Translations under genes and position numbers: made by a program
The notes under the pieces: model-generated
The model's input: the letters and a program-made list of their open reading frames with translations, nothing else
What the model was told of the DNA's origin: nothing
Databases searched by the model: none
Assembly (NCBI GenBank): GCA_047285805.1
Contig: JBJBCN010000002.1
Location: 192,001-256,000, forward strand
Direction: 5' to 3'
DNA: 64,000 nt
DNA from: Synechococcus sp.
Lineage (GTDB): Bacteria > Cyanobacteriota > Cyanobacteriia > PCC-6307 > Cyanobiaceae
Part shown: piece after piece, positions 1-10,703 of the stretch
Layout of the letters: each line of letters starts with the position of its first letter
How positions within the stretch are numbered: the first letter of the stretch is position 1

Positions 1-851
1 AGGAAGACGACGGAAAGATCTCATGGACCGAGGCGGCAACCATCGCGGAGCAGCGTTGGAAGCGAAAGAACGGAGGGGAGGGCTACAGCCGCACGTGGTG
101 GGAGGCGACACGTCGTGCCATCACCTTCTGCCCAGTGGGACCGGAGGAGCTTCAGCCTCGGCATATCCGCCAGATGATCATCGAGATGGAGGCCGCCGGC
201 ATGAGGCCTCAGTCCGCCTCTCAACGATGCAGCTGCCTCTCTAGTCTGCTAACTGCACTCATCAAGTCCGGTGCTGCTGACCACCTGACCAACCCATTCA
301 GCAAGGTCGATTACTCGGTCAAGAGCAGGATCCATTACAGAACCCCATCAACTCAGGAGTACAAGGCGGTGTGGCAAAGGAGGCACGAGATGCCCGAAGG
401 CTGCGCTGAGGTGCTCGAGATCCTGATCTTCAGTGGTGCTCGCATCGAAGAGGTGCTGCAAGCGAGGTACAGCGATGGGTGGATGACCATGGAGAAGACC
501 CCTGATTGGTCACCGAAGAACGCAACCTCCTATCGACGACTGCCATTGCCTGAGGGCATGGCCCTCTCTCGTTTCAGCACGCCAAGCGCTCAGGTGTTCA
601 GGAAGAAGATGAAGCGGATTGCCCCAGCAGTGGAGGAAGCGGCGTCCATGCCGCTTACTCCGCATTGCTTCAGGCACGGATGGAGAACAGCAGCCCGGAT
701 GGGTGGAGCTGACGATTACCTCAGCGAACGACTGCTGGGTCACCGGGCAGGGTTAGCCATGTCGATGACGTACGGCGAGTACCCGGATGAGCTGCTGCAG
801 CGAGAGGCCGAGAAGGTCTGGGCTGTGCTGCGTCAGTGGCTCGACAGCTGA
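1..851 (+). CDS. Tyrosine recombinase / phage-type integrase (5' truncated by window edge)
   Basis: Frame is open from position 3. Catalytic motifs FSGARIEE (R), PKN (K), HCFRHG (HxxR), LLGH and MTYG (Y). Confidence 0.9.
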   Translation, partial: EDDGKISWTEAATIAEQRWKRKNGGEGYSRTWWEATRRAITFCPVGPEELQPRHIRQMIIEMEAAGMRPQSASQRCSCLSSLLTALIKSGAADHLTNPFSKVDYSVKSRIHYRTPSTQEYKAVWQRRHEMPEGCAEVLEILIFSGARIEEVLQARYSDGWMTMEKTPDWSPKNATSYRRLPLPEGMALSRFSTPSAQVFRKKMKRIAPAVEEAASMPLTPHCFRHGWRTAARMGGADDYLSERLLGHRAGLAMSMTYGEYPDELLQREAEKVWAVLRQWLDS

Positions 852-1027
852 ATCGAGCAACAGTCGATTTGGCTGTCGGGGGTAAATCTCCTCAACAGTT
901 GATTTAGTTGCCCCATCAATCCTTTGTTGTGAAAGGTCAACACGCCTCGAGTAAATCGTCAGGACACACAAGTTGACAAACTCAGAATCTGAAGCAAATC
1001 AGCAGGAGCTTTTTGCTCTCGCTGAGA

Positions 1028-2242
1028 TTAAGTATTTGCTCCTGCCGATTTCAACTTCTTAAGCACCTGCATGCAGGTCCATTTCAGTGGTACCCACTGC
1101 GCCTTTGTCGCGAGTTGCTCCAGCAGCCCTGCTTGATCATCCAGGCCCATTGCAAGGCAGCCCCAGGCAGCGGCAATCCTGGATTTGGTGTACTGAGGAA
1201 TAGTTTCAGCCAGTGCCAGCCGCACCAGTTCGCTTCTAGTTTCAATCCTTTGAAGGCTGACCACGGCAGTGAGGTAGTAGTGCGTGACGTAATCACTCCA
1301 TAACTTGTCTTTGATTCGGTCAATCAGGACGAGTTTCTCCTCTTCTTCCATCGACATCAGGCTTGCAGCGCCACCGTATTGACGTGCTTCATCCCTGTGT
1401 TGAAGATTGTTTTCGATTTCATCGGCGTTAACGTCACAGACCCATTCCGTTCTCAGCTTTAAATTTTGTGGATTGTCCTGCAGTAATTGAGTGATCAATC
1501 CTTCGTACTCTTGAGGGACAACACAGGTTTTCCCTGGATCAACCAGTTGAAAGGCACTTCTCGCTCGTAGGGACATTGAGACCGGAGCCGTCGCTAGTGA
1601 CTCGAGTCGACTGACGTCCCCTGCATCGCCAAGATCAATGACTGCAGAACGGCGTCGACCCGCGATTGGGTCCACCAGTTGGGGAACCAAGGTATCTAAG
1701 GCTGTTGTCCTGCCATGAACCTTTGAGCCATAGGCTCTGGCTGCTCCCGACACCAGTGGATTTGGGTCTTCGTCAAAGGGCTTGATGGCATGGTCTGCGC
1801 CTTCAATTCCAAGCCGGGTATGAGCTTGGATCACGGCGCGTTTTTGGATGTCCTCTCCTCCCAGGGCCTGAAGTAGCTGATTTTGCTGCTCGGTATCCAG
1901 CTCGGAGCTGATTTTTGTGATCGAGTCCACTGCGTTGATCACAGCTGATTCATCGCTGCAGCTCAATGCTGCAAACAGAACAGGCAGTGCTTTGGGGTTG
2001 CGCCGCCGTCCCAAGGCGTCTAGGGCTTTTCTTATCGTAATCCGATCAAACAGGTTGTCAGGACTGAGTTGCGCGGCTTCGATCAGTGTGTTCAGGGACT
2101 CTTCGCTGTCACTGGCACCTAGCCTCGTTGCTGCCATGTACTTATCAACTGGTCGCTCCAGCGAGTCCGGGGCAGCCAGAATGATGCTGATCGCACGTTC
2201 CTCAGTAAGGCCTTCTACAAGATTGTCAAAACGTTCAGGCAT
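1028..2242 (-). CDS. mpeQ: HEAT-repeat E/F-type phycobilin lyase(-isomerase), MpeQ/W/Y/Z family; isomerase-type residues
   Basis: N-terminus [15 protein letters not shown]...[15 protein letters not shown]. Counted residues A100, Y318-V319-T320, Y323, T352, K353 match the MpeQ pattern as I recall it (lyase-only members carry Gly at 319). Confidence 0.75.
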   Translation of the reverse strand: MPERFDNLVEGLTEERAISIILAAPDSLERPVDKYMAATRLGASDSEESLNTLIEAAQLSPDNLFDRITIRKALDALGRRRNPKALPVLFAALSCSDESAVINAVDSITKISSELDTEQQNQLLQALGGEDIQKRAVIQAHTRLGIEGADHAIKPFDEDPNPLVSGAARAYGSKVHGRTTALDTLVPQLVDPIAGRRRSAVIDLGDAGDVSRLESLATAPVSMSLRARSAFQLVDPGKTCVVPQEYEGLITQLLQDNPQNLKLRTEWVCDVNADEIENNLQHRDEARQYGGAASLMSMEEEEKLVLIDRIKDKLWSDYVTHYYLTAVVSLQRIETRSELVRLALAETIPQYTKSRIAAAWGCLAMGLDDQAGLLEQLATKAQWVPLKWTCMQVLKKLKSAGANT

Positions 2243-2326
2243 TGATGAGCCTTTTGATTAATAGTTCCAATTAGCGATTGACTCGCCAGAGGTCAAAATC
2301 TTGGGTCGACGCGGGCTGAGATTTGC

Positions 2327-2394
2327 GCCAAGAGCCGTTGGCTGACCTTATAGCCAGATATTATCATGCCATTGCTGTGCCAAGAGGTCTTGGC
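2327..2394. promoter_or_regulatory. Two palindromic GCCAA-N6-TTGGC sites flanking a -10-like AT tract upstream of the lyase gene
   Basis: gccaagagccgttggc (2327-2342) and gccaagaggtcttggc (2379-2394); the minus strand reads atgataatat between them. Confidence 0.4.
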
Positions 2395-3044
2395 TGCCGC
2401 AGTCAGTAGTCTTCATCCTTGTTTCTGTATGTCTCTGATTGTTTTTTTATTAATCATTTGAGCTTTAGATGTTATGAGGGGGTATTAGTCCAGGTATGTC
2501 CCCCTGCTTTGCCAAGAAGAGGGGGTGGGGTACTTCGTTTTTCTTGGGGAGGGGGCACCCCTCATGGTTCGACCTGCTCCGAAACGCAAGTCGGGGTTGC
2601 AATGTGGCGAAATCCTGGCCAATCCAGTGGTATCACTCGGTTCCGACTACTAACCGAATCTGGTTGACGTCCAAGAGTTTTTTATGCATACGGTCAGTGA
2701 CCGAGGATGAGAACCATTCGCCTCGCTCGCGTTCTTAATGCCTGCGCGGCTGCGCGCGTCTTTCTTTGGTTGTCTGTTGCGCACAAATTTATACCTAGGT
2801 AGAACACTGAATATATTGCAGGAGGCCTCTGTAAGGGTCCGCAAGGGGCCTCTCGGCTTCCCTGGCGTTGGCCTGCCGTCCAACGACTACAAGCCCTTCC
2901 AGGCGTTTTTGGGCAGACCTAGTCACAGGTGCCATCTCTTGTCACTGCAGACACTAAGCGCATAAGCCCTTGCTGAGAACCCGCATCAGCACTGAAGTTC
3001 TGTGACTAGACTTGCAAGCTAACCTTGGCAGTCCAACCTCCCCC

Positions 3045-3572
3045 ATGACTGAAGCCGCCCCGCTGGAGCCCACGTTTCAACAGGCGATGGAGATCACGGC
3101 CCAGTGGCTGGCGCTCTGGGAAAACGGCGAACTCAGCGATGAGGTGATCGGCGATCGGGTTTCCGAGTTGGTGGCCAGTCGTGATGGAGCCCGGGGGTTC
3201 TTTGTGGTGTCCTTGGCTGGGGATTGTCCGTTGATGGATCGCCTGCCGGATCCGGTCGTCTTTGCCCTGCGCCAGGCCGGCGACGGGGTGGTGGACCTCA
3301 GTGCTCGCAACCTGGCCATGAGCACGGCGATGGCGCTGCACCACGAGCGCAACGCCGATGCAGTTCAGCAGGCGGGATCGGAGCGGGTTCAATCCCGCTG
3401 CACCGAACTCCTGCGGCTCATGGAGCAGGAAGCAGTGAAAGGGCGACTGGAAACCCTGCTGGAGGCCACCGAGGGCCGGGGTGAGGACGTGGCCTTCCTG
3501 AAACGCTGGGGCTACGACGCCGGTCAGACCGCTGCAATTGCTGAGGCGGTGTTGGCCGTGGCCCAAGGCTGA
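3045..3572 (+). CDS. Conserved cyanobacterial hypothetical protein
   Basis: ATG at 3045; protein-like helical sequence FQQAMEITAQWL...GARGFFV; host-like codon usage. Confidence 0.75.
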   Translation: MTEAAPLEPTFQQAMEITAQWLALWENGELSDEVIGDRVSELVASRDGARGFFVVSLAGDCPLMDRLPDPVVFALRQAGDGVVDLSARNLAMSTAMALHHERNADAVQQAGSERVQSRCTELLRLMEQEAVKGRLETLLEATEGRGEDVAFLKRWGYDAGQTAAIAEAVLAVAQG

Positions 3573-3591
3573 GTTGTTTCGAGATTGGCCA

Positions 3592-3620
3592 ACAAAAAAG
3601 CGCCCTCGAGGGGCGCTTTG
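3592..3620 (-). terminator. Intrinsic terminator between convergent genes
   Basis: aaagcgccc/gggcgcttt stem with an A-run (U-tract on the minus strand). Confidence 0.75.
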
Positions 3621-3643
3621 CTGTCTGAAGGGGTTGATCTGGA

Positions 3644-4378
3644 TCAGTCACGCCGACCGCCACCGTTGAGGGCGATCACCAGGCGCAGGATGAAGATGAA
3701 CAGGTTGATGTAGGTCAGGTACATGCTCAGCGCGCCGGCCAGGTACTGGTCGTCGCTGTAGGTGCGGGGCATCGTGTAAAAGTCCACGAAGGCTGCGCCC
3801 ACGAAGATCACGGTGCCGAAGCCGGCGATCAGCAGCTCCATGCCGCCCATGCCGAAGCCGGGCACGAAGATGCCGCCGACGATCTGGACGACCATGGCGA
3901 TCACCAGGCCGAGTATGCCCAGGCCGACCACGCCGCTGAGGGCTTGACCGACGCTGTCGCTCATGCGACGGCCCATGACGGAGGCAGCCACGAAGGTGAC
4001 GCCAGTAGCCAGGGCGGCGGTGCCGATGGCGCCGATGCCCGCGGTGCCGATGGCCAGGGCCACGATGCCGCTCAGGGTAAAGCCGGTGATCAGGCTGTAG
4101 GCCGCCATGAGCGGCAGGGCGGTGCTGTTGTTCCCCTTCAGGGCCACGTTCTGGGCCACGAAGAAGAGGATGAAGTTTCCGATCAGGGCCACCCAGAACA
4201 GAGGCATGAACCCGGTGGGGTTGCTGGCCAACAGGGCAAGGCCGCCCATGACGCCACCGGCGGTGAGCACCATGCCGCCGCCCACGTAGGGCAGCGCTTT
4301 ATTGACCACGTTGGGCCCCACGAGGGCGCTGGATTGCGCCTCGCGGATGGCCTCCTGGAAATTGCTGCTGGCCGGCAT
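3644..4378 (-). CDS. Bax inhibitor-1/YccA family membrane protein
   Basis: Seven hydrophobic segments; C-terminal ALSMYLTYINLFIFILRL motif. Confidence 0.85.
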   Translation of the reverse strand: MPASSNFQEAIREAQSSALVGPNVVNKALPYVGGGMVLTAGGVMGGLALLASNPTGFMPLFWVALIGNFILFFVAQNVALKGNNSTALPLMAAYSLITGFTLSGIVALAIGTAGIGAIGTAALATGVTFVAASVMGRRMSDSVGQALSGVVGLGILGLVIAMVVQIVGGIFVPGFGMGGMELLIAGFGTVIFVGAAFVDFYTMPRTYSDDQYLAGALSMYLTYINLFIFILRLVIALNGGGRRD

Positions 4379-4453
4379 GGCACAGAGAATGACTGGCTTC
4401 ATCCTGCCAGCGATCTCCGGGTTGTGTGCCCTTTGGGGGTGTGGATCCCCCGA

Positions 4454-5437
4454 CTAACGTCGGGTCTTGGCAGCATCCCGGGCGGCGTAGGCGGTGACCA
4501 GGCGCTGCACTAGGGGATGGCGCACCACGTCAGCGGCACTGAGCCGGCAGACCGCGATGCCCTCGACCCCCTCCAGCACCTGTGCGGCCTCGATTAAGCC
4601 GCTCAGTTGACCCTGGGGCAGATCGATCTGGGTTGGGTCCCCGGTGACGACCATCTTTGAGCCCTCACCCAGGCGGGTCAGCACCATTCGCATTTGCGCC
4701 GGGGTGGTGTTCTGGGCCTCATCAAGGATCACGAAGGCCTCGGCCAGGGTGCGTCCTCGCATGTAGGCCAGCGGGGCCACCTCGATCACGTTCTTCTCGA
4801 TCAGGGCCGCCGTGCGCTCCTGTCCGAGCAGAGTGTGCAGTGCGTCGTAGAGGGGGCGCAGGAAGGGGTCGACCTTCTGCTGAAGATCACCGGGCAGAAA
4901 GCCAAGGCGCTCTCCGGCTTCCACGGCGGGGCGGGTCAGGATCAGCCGCTCGACCTTGCGCTCCTGCAGCGCGCGCACGGCTTGAACGGCCGCCAGGAAT
5001 GTCTTGCCGGTGCCAGCGGGACCTAAGGCAAAGGTGAGGTCGTGGCGCTCGATCGCCTCGACGTAGGTCTTTTGCTTGAGGGTGCGAGGGCGCAGCAGCT
5101 TGCCGTTTTGGCTGCGGGCCAGAACCTGCTTGCTCAGTTGTTGGTGCTCCTCCCCGCGGCCTGTATCCAGGGCGGAGAGGGCGGTTTGCAAATCCACCTG
5201 GGTGACGCTCTGCCCCTCTTGCCAGAGGGGACGCAGCAGTTCAACCAGGCCGGCGGCCCGCTCCAGCTGGGTGGGGCGGCCTCGCAGTTGCAGCGAAAGA
5301 CCCCGCAAGACCAGCGAAGCACCAGTCAGGGCTTCGAGGCGATGCAGGGTCGATTCAGCTTCACCGGCCAAGGCCATTGCGGCGTCCTGGTCGGGAAGAT
5401 CGATGGTGAAGGCCGTGAGGCTTTCAGCCCCGGGCAT
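4454..5437 (-). CDS. PhoH family ATPase
   Basis: GPAGTGKT, RPAVEAGERLGFLPG, YMRGRT and ILDEAQN motifs. Confidence 0.95.
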   Translation of the reverse strand: MPGAESLTAFTIDLPDQDAAMALAGEAESTLHRLEALTGASLVLRGLSLQLRGRPTQLERAAGLVELLRPLWQEGQSVTQVDLQTALSALDTGRGEEHQQLSKQVLARSQNGKLLRPRTLKQKTYVEAIERHDLTFALGPAGTGKTFLAAVQAVRALQERKVERLILTRPAVEAGERLGFLPGDLQQKVDPFLRPLYDALHTLLGQERTAALIEKNVIEVAPLAYMRGRTLAEAFVILDEAQNTTPAQMRMVLTRLGEGSKMVVTGDPTQIDLPQGQLSGLIEAAQVLEGVEGIAVCRLSAADVVRHPLVQRLVTAYAARDAAKTRR

Positions 5438-5448
5438 GGGGGAAGGCC

Positions 5449-5841
5449 TCAGGCTTCGGTGGCTTCTTCAGCGGGAGCCTCTTCGGCGGCAGCGGCGGCT
5501 TCAGCAGCCTTGGCTTCTGCAGCTTCCTTGGCGGCCTGCTTGGCAGCAGCCTCGCGGATGGCGGCTTGCTTCTTCTGGCCGACGACCACGGAGGGACGCA
5601 CTTTCTTCTCGATCAGACCGCCGCGCTCAAGAAGGGTTTGCACAACCTCGGTGGGCTGGGCGCCCTGGGCGAGACGGGCACGGATGGCCTCGGTGTCAAG
5701 ACGGGTCTCCTTGGTGCGGGGGTTGTAGAAGCCCAGCTCCTCGAGGGGACGACCGTCGCGGCGTGAGGTGCTGTTGCAGGCCACCAGGCGGAAGCTCGCT
5801 TCCCGCTTCTTACCGAACCGCTTCAGGCGGAGCTTGATCAT
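5449..5841 (-). CDS. rpsP: 30S ribosomal protein S16
   Basis: [13 protein letters not shown]...[14 protein letters not shown]; located downstream of ffh. Confidence 0.97.
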   Translation of the reverse strand: MIKLRLKRFGKKREASFRLVACNSTSRRDGRPLEELGFYNPRTKETRLDTEAIRARLAQGAQPTEVVQTLLERGGLIEKKVRPSVVVGQKKQAAIREAAAKQAAKEAAEAKAAEAAAAAEEAPAEEATEA

Positions 5842-5932
5842 TGTGGCCTTGCCTTGCTGACTGGATAAACGCGCGGTGACTCCCCAGGGAATCGCGCGCA
5901 AACGACAACAATACTCTCTGGGGTGACGCCCC

Positions 5933-7408
5933 TCAGAGCTCGCCGAAGCCTTTGCGCTTCTTGGCGGGTTTGGCGGCTTTGGGCATGCCGCCGCCACGGC
6001 CACCACGGCCGGCGGGAGCGCCGCCCGTGCCAGGCATTCCCCCCATCCCAGGCATCCCACCCATCCCGGGGAATCCGCCCATGCCCGGCATTCCGGGCAT
6101 GCCTCCACCGCGTGTCATTTGCTGCATGAACCCCCGCATCTGCTGGAAGTTCTGCAGAACCTTGTCAACATCGGCTGGGGTGTGGCCACTGCCGCTGGCG
6201 ATGCGCCGCCGCCGGGAGGGATTGGCGGCGAGCAGGTCCGGGTCGCTGCGCTCCGCCTCGGTCATGGAGCCAATCATTGCTTCGATCTTCTTGAGCTGCT
6301 CTTCGCCCTGCTTGAGCATGCCGTCGTCGATCTTGTTCATCCCCGGGATCATTTTCATGAGACCGCCCAGGGAGCCCATGCGCTTGATCAGGCGCATCTG
6401 CTTAACGAAGTCCGAGAAGTCGAAGGTGGCTTCTTGGAGCTTCTGCTGCATCTTGGCTACATCGGCCAGCTCGACCTCCTTCTGGGCCTTCTCCACCAGG
6501 GTCAGGACGTCGCCCATGCCGAGGATCCGGCTGGCCATCCGTTCGGGGTGGAAGGGCTGCAGCGCCTCCACTTTTTCCCCCGTACCGATGAATTTGATCG
6601 GTGCCCCGCTGACCTTGCGGATAGAGAGCGCCGCACCGCCGCGGGAGTCACCGTCTAGCTTGGTGAGGACCGCACCGGTGATGCCCACCTGATCGTGGAA
6701 GGTGCGGGTGAGTTCAGCGGCCTCCTGACCGATCATTGAGTCAACCACCAGCAGCACTTCATCGGGCTGGACGGCTTCTCGGATCCGGACCATCTCGTCC
6801 ATCATCGAGGTGTCGATCTGGAGGCGACCGGCGGTGTCCACCAGCACGGTGTCGAAGCCCTCAGCCTTGGCCTTTTCAATGCCCGCGGCGGCGATGGCTT
6901 CCGGCTTGGCTTCGGTGCCCAGGCTGAAGACCTCAACGTCGATCTGGCTGCCGAGGGTTTTCAGCTGGTCGATGGCCGCCGGGCGGTAGACGTCAGCGCC
7001 CACCAGCAGGGCCTTGCGTCCTTTCTCCTTGAGGTGAAGGCCGAGCTTGGCGGTGGCGGTGGTCTTACCAGCGCCCTGCAGGCCCGCCATCAAGACGACG
7101 GCTGGGGCCCCTTCTTTGCCGGCAGCAGCCAGAGGAGCGTTTTCGCCGCCCATGGTCTCCACGAGCTGCTCGTGGACCACCTGGATGAATTTCTGGTCAG
7201 GGCTGATGCCCCGCACCACCTCTTCACCTAGTGCCTTCTTGCGGACCTCTTCCACGAAGTCCTTGACCACCGGAAGGCTGACATCGGCCTCGAGCAGGGC
7301 CCGGCGCACGTCCTTAAGTGCCCCCTCGATATTGCCTTCGCTGATGGCCCCCTGACCACGCAGGTTCTTGACGGCATCTTCAAACCGTTGGGAGAGCTCG
7401 TCGAACAT
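5933..7408 (-). CDS. ffh: Signal recognition particle protein
   Basis: [14 protein letters not shown] and TKLDGD motifs; Met-rich M domain. Confidence 0.97.
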   Translation of the reverse strand: MFDELSQRFEDAVKNLRGQGAISEGNIEGALKDVRRALLEADVSLPVVKDFVEEVRKKALGEEVVRGISPDQKFIQVVHEQLVETMGGENAPLAAAGKEGAPAVVLMAGLQGAGKTTATAKLGLHLKEKGRKALLVGADVYRPAAIDQLKTLGSQIDVEVFSLGTEAKPEAIAAAGIEKAKAEGFDTVLVDTAGRLQIDTSMMDEMVRIREAVQPDEVLLVVDSMIGQEAAELTRTFHDQVGITGAVLTKLDGDSRGGAALSIRKVSGAPIKFIGTGEKVEALQPFHPERMASRILGMGDVLTLVEKAQKEVELADVAKMQQKLQEATFDFSDFVKQMRLIKRMGSLGGLMKMIPGMNKIDDGMLKQGEEQLKKIEAMIGSMTEAERSDPDLLAANPSRRRRIASGSGHTPADVDKVLQNFQQMRGFMQQMTRGGGMPGMPGMGGFPGMGGMPGMGGMPGTGGAPAGRGGRGGGMPKAAKPAKKRKGFGEL

Positions 7409-7468
7409 GGGGACGCCTGTGATGAACCGATCGTAAAAAGCGACCGTCTCTTGGGGGCGTCCGAGGGC

Positions 7469-9442
7469 TCAGTTCTTGGCGGTGGGCGTGTAGGCGACCA
7501 GCTGCCAGCTGCCGTTTTGGCGGCCAAAGATATAGGTGTTGCGCAGCGTTATCTCTGGGGTGCGGCTAAGGATCTTGCCGCCACTGGTCTTGAGTTCGTC
7601 GCTATAGGTCATCGCTACCTGGGCGGCGATGCGCACCGGTGAGCGAGCGCTGATCTTGAAGCCGGTGATGCTGGTGGTCACCGTTTCCGTGGCGTCGCGC
7701 TGGCGGTTGGCCTGGCTCTGGCGCTGCAGCCGCTGGATCTGATTGGGACGGGCCAGATCCGACAGGCTCTCGCTCGGTGCACCGCCGGCGAGGACCGCGG
7801 CTTTTTCCTTGAGCCAGACCTCGAGCAGGTCCTGCAATTGCGTGGCGCTGGGGTCGGGATTGGTCAGGGGGAAGGGGGCCGCCTGGACAGGAGCAGCCGG
7901 AGCGGCAGCTTTTGGTTGGACGAGGGCCGCGACCTTTTCGCTGCTGGCGGCTTCAGGATCGCCACCGCGGGGCTTGAGAGCCATTAAGCCTCCAAGACCA
8001 ATCACGCCGATGGCGACGGCTGCACCAACGGGCATGCCCCAGCTGGGGAGCTCTTGGATTTGCTCCTGCAGGTTGCCCAGCAGCTCGGCCAGTCGCCCGC
8101 GGGAGCCATCCCACACCTCGTCGTCGTCCTCTTGGTCCTCACTGATCTCGAGGCTGGTTGGCGGCTCATTGCTGCCCGGCAGGTCGAAGTTCGGCCAGTC
8201 GCCAAAGCCCGTGCTGGTGTCCGTCGCCGCCGGCACCTCGAAACTGGGTTTGGCATTGAACTGGCGGCCGCGGATGCGGTCCTGTTGGTCGATGTAGGCC
8301 TGGACATCCCGGTCGGCGAACCAGGCATCGAGGTTCGCGTCGACATCGATGTCGCGGAAGCCCTCCAGCACCTCGCGGGTCAACCAGTCGCGGCAGTAGG
8401 CGCAGAGGCGAGCCAAGGGGTCATCTCCCTGCTCCATCGCCCATTGCTTCAGGGCGGCGTCGGCGCCCTCATCAAAGAAGCGCTCTGCTTCATCGACCTG
8501 ACCGAGCAGAAGTTGCTGACAGGAGAGGAAGACCTCGATCCCGGGCTGTCCGCTGATCTTGAGGCGTTCGTAGGCCTCGAGGATCCGTTCGGGTTTGCGC
8601 TGGGAGAAGCCCGAGGCCGTCAGGGCAAAGCTCGCGAGGAAGTCGGCGGTGGCGGAACCTCTATCGCCCCATCGGCTGAAGAGCTCGACTTGCTCTTGGG
8701 CCGTCAGGAACTGGCGGATCTGCTTGAAGAACGACTGGAACTCGCTTTGGGGGAAGGTCAGATCGGTGTGGCCCTCGAGGCCACCGCGCTGCTGCACCAG
8801 TTGCTCCAGCAGGGCGATGCCCTGTTGTCGGGAGCTGCTGGCGGAGAGGTCGCGGCTGATCAGATCGAGCACGCGATAGGGAAGCAGTTCCTTGAGGTCC
8901 TGCTCGAGCTTGCGCCGTTGCTCGGCCTGTTGGCCCATGCGTTGCAGCAGCTGCAGGCCCTGTTGCAGGGTCAGGGCGGCCGCTTCATAGCGGCGTTGGT
9001 CGCGGTAATCCCGGGCGGTGCTCTGGCAGGCCAGTCCGGCGAGCAGGGTCAGGTCGGCTTCGCGGCTGCTGCCCAGGGCGGGGGCTTGGGGCGGCTGCAG
9101 TCCGCGGGAGGCGCTATCGAAGGCTTCCTGGGATTGGCCGGCCTCCATTAAGAGCAGAAGACCACCGACTTCCCGGGACGGGGGGATCTCCAGGGCGGCG
9201 ATGGAGCCGTTGGCGTTGTCTGCGATAGCCGTCAGTTCCCGCTCGTAGGCCTGGCGGCGAGTCTCATCGCTCAGCAGGTCGGCGCTGGCTTCGAGCAGTT
9301 CGCCTCGGGCCTGGAGGGTGTCTTGGGTAAAGCCTTGGTCTGGAACGCGATCAAGCCGATGCTGCAAAGTCCGCAGCACGCTCTGCCGGTCGGAGCTGGC
9401 ATTCACGCCGAGCAGGCGGAAGTGGTCGATCGGCAGTTCCAA
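7469..9442 (-). CDS. ftn2: Cell division protein Ftn2/ARC6 (J-like N-terminus, TM, IMS domain)
   Basis: MELPIDHFRLLGV J-like start, single TM segment, C-terminal periplasmic domain; divergent from pdhA. Confidence 0.85.
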   Translation of the reverse strand: MELPIDHFRLLGVNASSDRQSVLRTLQHRLDRVPDQGFTQDTLQARGELLEASADLLSDETRRQAYERELTAIADNANGSIAALEIPPSREVGGLLLLMEAGQSQEAFDSASRGLQPPQAPALGSSREADLTLLAGLACQSTARDYRDQRRYEAAALTLQQGLQLLQRMGQQAEQRRKLEQDLKELLPYRVLDLISRDLSASSSRQQGIALLEQLVQQRGGLEGHTDLTFPQSEFQSFFKQIRQFLTAQEQVELFSRWGDRGSATADFLASFALTASGFSQRKPERILEAYERLKISGQPGIEVFLSCQQLLLGQVDEAERFFDEGADAALKQWAMEQGDDPLARLCAYCRDWLTREVLEGFRDIDVDANLDAWFADRDVQAYIDQQDRIRGRQFNAKPSFEVPAATDTSTGFGDWPNFDLPGSNEPPTSLEISEDQEDDDEVWDGSRGRLAELLGNLQEQIQELPSWGMPVGAAVAIGVIGLGGLMALKPRGGDPEAASSEKVAALVQPKAAAPAAPVQAAPFPLTNPDPSATQLQDLLEVWLKEKAAVLAGGAPSESLSDLARPNQIQRLQRQSQANRQRDATETVTTSITGFKISARSPVRIAAQVAMTYSDELKTSGGKILSRTPEITLRNTYIFGRQNGSWQLVAYTPTAKN

Positions 9443-9583
9443 ATTGAGCTCGGATTGGCGGGAGCTAATCGGACGTGACTGTAGGCAGAGTCTTCGGTTT
9501 TGGCCGTCCTTCGTGCACCTTTTGGAGATGGACCCCGTACAGTCAGGCCAGCACCAGAGTCCCCGGAGAGCAGGACCTCAGCA

Positions 9584-10693
9584 ATGACACAGGCCGATCT
9601 TGGACAGGGCGTGGCCACCAGTGGTGCTCCCTCCTGCTCCGCCGATGTCAATCAGGTCGGCTTGCACGCTGAGCGGCTGATGAGCCTCTATCCCTCTACT
9701 CCGGCAACGGTGACGCGGGATGAGGGCCTAATGCTTTACCGCGACATGACCCTTGGCCGGCGCTTTGAAGATAAGTGCGCCGAGATGTACTACCGCGGAA
9801 AGATGTTCGGCTTTGTTCATCTCTACAACGGCCAAGAGGCCGTGAGTACGGGGGTGATCAAGGCGATGAAGATGCAGCACGACTGGTTCTGCAGCACCTA
9901 CCGCGATCACGTTCACGCCCTGAGCTGCGGCGTGACGGCCCGGGAGGTTATGAGCGAGCTGTTCGGTAAGGAGACCGGCTGCAGCAAGGGCCGTGGCGGC
10001 TCCATGCACCTCTTCTCCAAGGAGCACCACCTTTTGGGTGGTTATGCCTTCATCGGTGAGGGCATTCCCGTGGCCCTGGGTGCGGCCTTCACCAGCCGCT
10101 ACAAGCGCGATGCCCTCGGCGACTCCAGCAGCGACGCCGTGACCGCGGCCTTCTTCGGCGACGGCACCTGCAACATTGGTCAATTCTACGAGTGCCTGAA
10201 CATGGCGGCGCTCTGGAAGCTGCCGATCATTTTCGTGGTCGAGAACAACAAGTGGGCCATCGGCATGGACCACAACCGCGCCACCAGTGACCCGGAGATC
10301 TGGCGTAAGGCGGCCGCCTTCGGGATGGCCGGCGAAGAAGTCGACGGCATGGATGTTTTGGCGGTACGGGGTGCAGCCCAGCGCGCGATCGAGCGGGCCC
10401 GCTCTGGTGAAGGTCCCACGGTGCTCGAGTGCCTGACCTACCGCTTCCGCGGCCACTCCCTGGCGGACCCCGACGAACTACGGGCGGAGGCCGAGAAGGA
10501 GTTCTGGGCCCAGCGTGATCCGATCAAGCGCCTGGCGGCTCACCTGATCGAGCACAACCTGGCGACGGTTGAGGAACTGAAGGCGATCGAGAAGGAGATT
10601 GACGCCGAGGTGGCCGATTGCGTCGAGTTCGCCCTGGCGGCTCCCGAGCCCAAGCCGGAAGAGCTCACCCGCTACATCTGGGCTGAGGACTGA
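9584..10693 (+). CDS. pdhA: Pyruvate dehydrogenase E1 alpha subunit
   Basis: GRGGSMH, GDG...ENN TPP motif and [11 protein letters not shown]. Confidence 0.97.
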   Translation: MTQADLGQGVATSGAPSCSADVNQVGLHAERLMSLYPSTPATVTRDEGLMLYRDMTLGRRFEDKCAEMYYRGKMFGFVHLYNGQEAVSTGVIKAMKMQHDWFCSTYRDHVHALSCGVTAREVMSELFGKETGCSKGRGGSMHLFSKEHHLLGGYAFIGEGIPVALGAAFTSRYKRDALGDSSSDAVTAAFFGDGTCNIGQFYECLNMAALWKLPIIFVVENNKWAIGMDHNRATSDPEIWRKAAAFGMAGEEVDGMDVLAVRGAAQRAIERARSGEGPTVLECLTYRFRGHSLADPDELRAEAEKEFWAQRDPIKRLAAHLIEHNLATVEELKAIEKEIDAEVADCVEFALAAPEPKPEELTRYIWAED

Positions 10694-10703
10694 TCTCCCG
10701 TTG

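Larger units (their letters stand above)
1..3010. mobile_element. Right part of a putative integrative element/island (integrase plus bilin lyase cargo)
   Basis: Integrase present, visibly lower GC than the flanking core genes, long non-coding tract 2243-3040, and a 10-bp inverted repeat at the junction with core genes. Confidence 0.55.

Noticed and set aside
852..1000. Short tcaac/gttga and aatcga..tcgatt repeats after the integrase
   Set aside because: Too short to distinguish from chance.
2519..2562. G-rich tract reminiscent of phage packaging (cos-proximal) regions
   Set aside because: No terminase, HNH or capsid gene in the window; resemblance only.
5980..6110. Imperfect tandem repeats
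   Set aside because: They encode the Gly-Met-Pro tail of Ffh.
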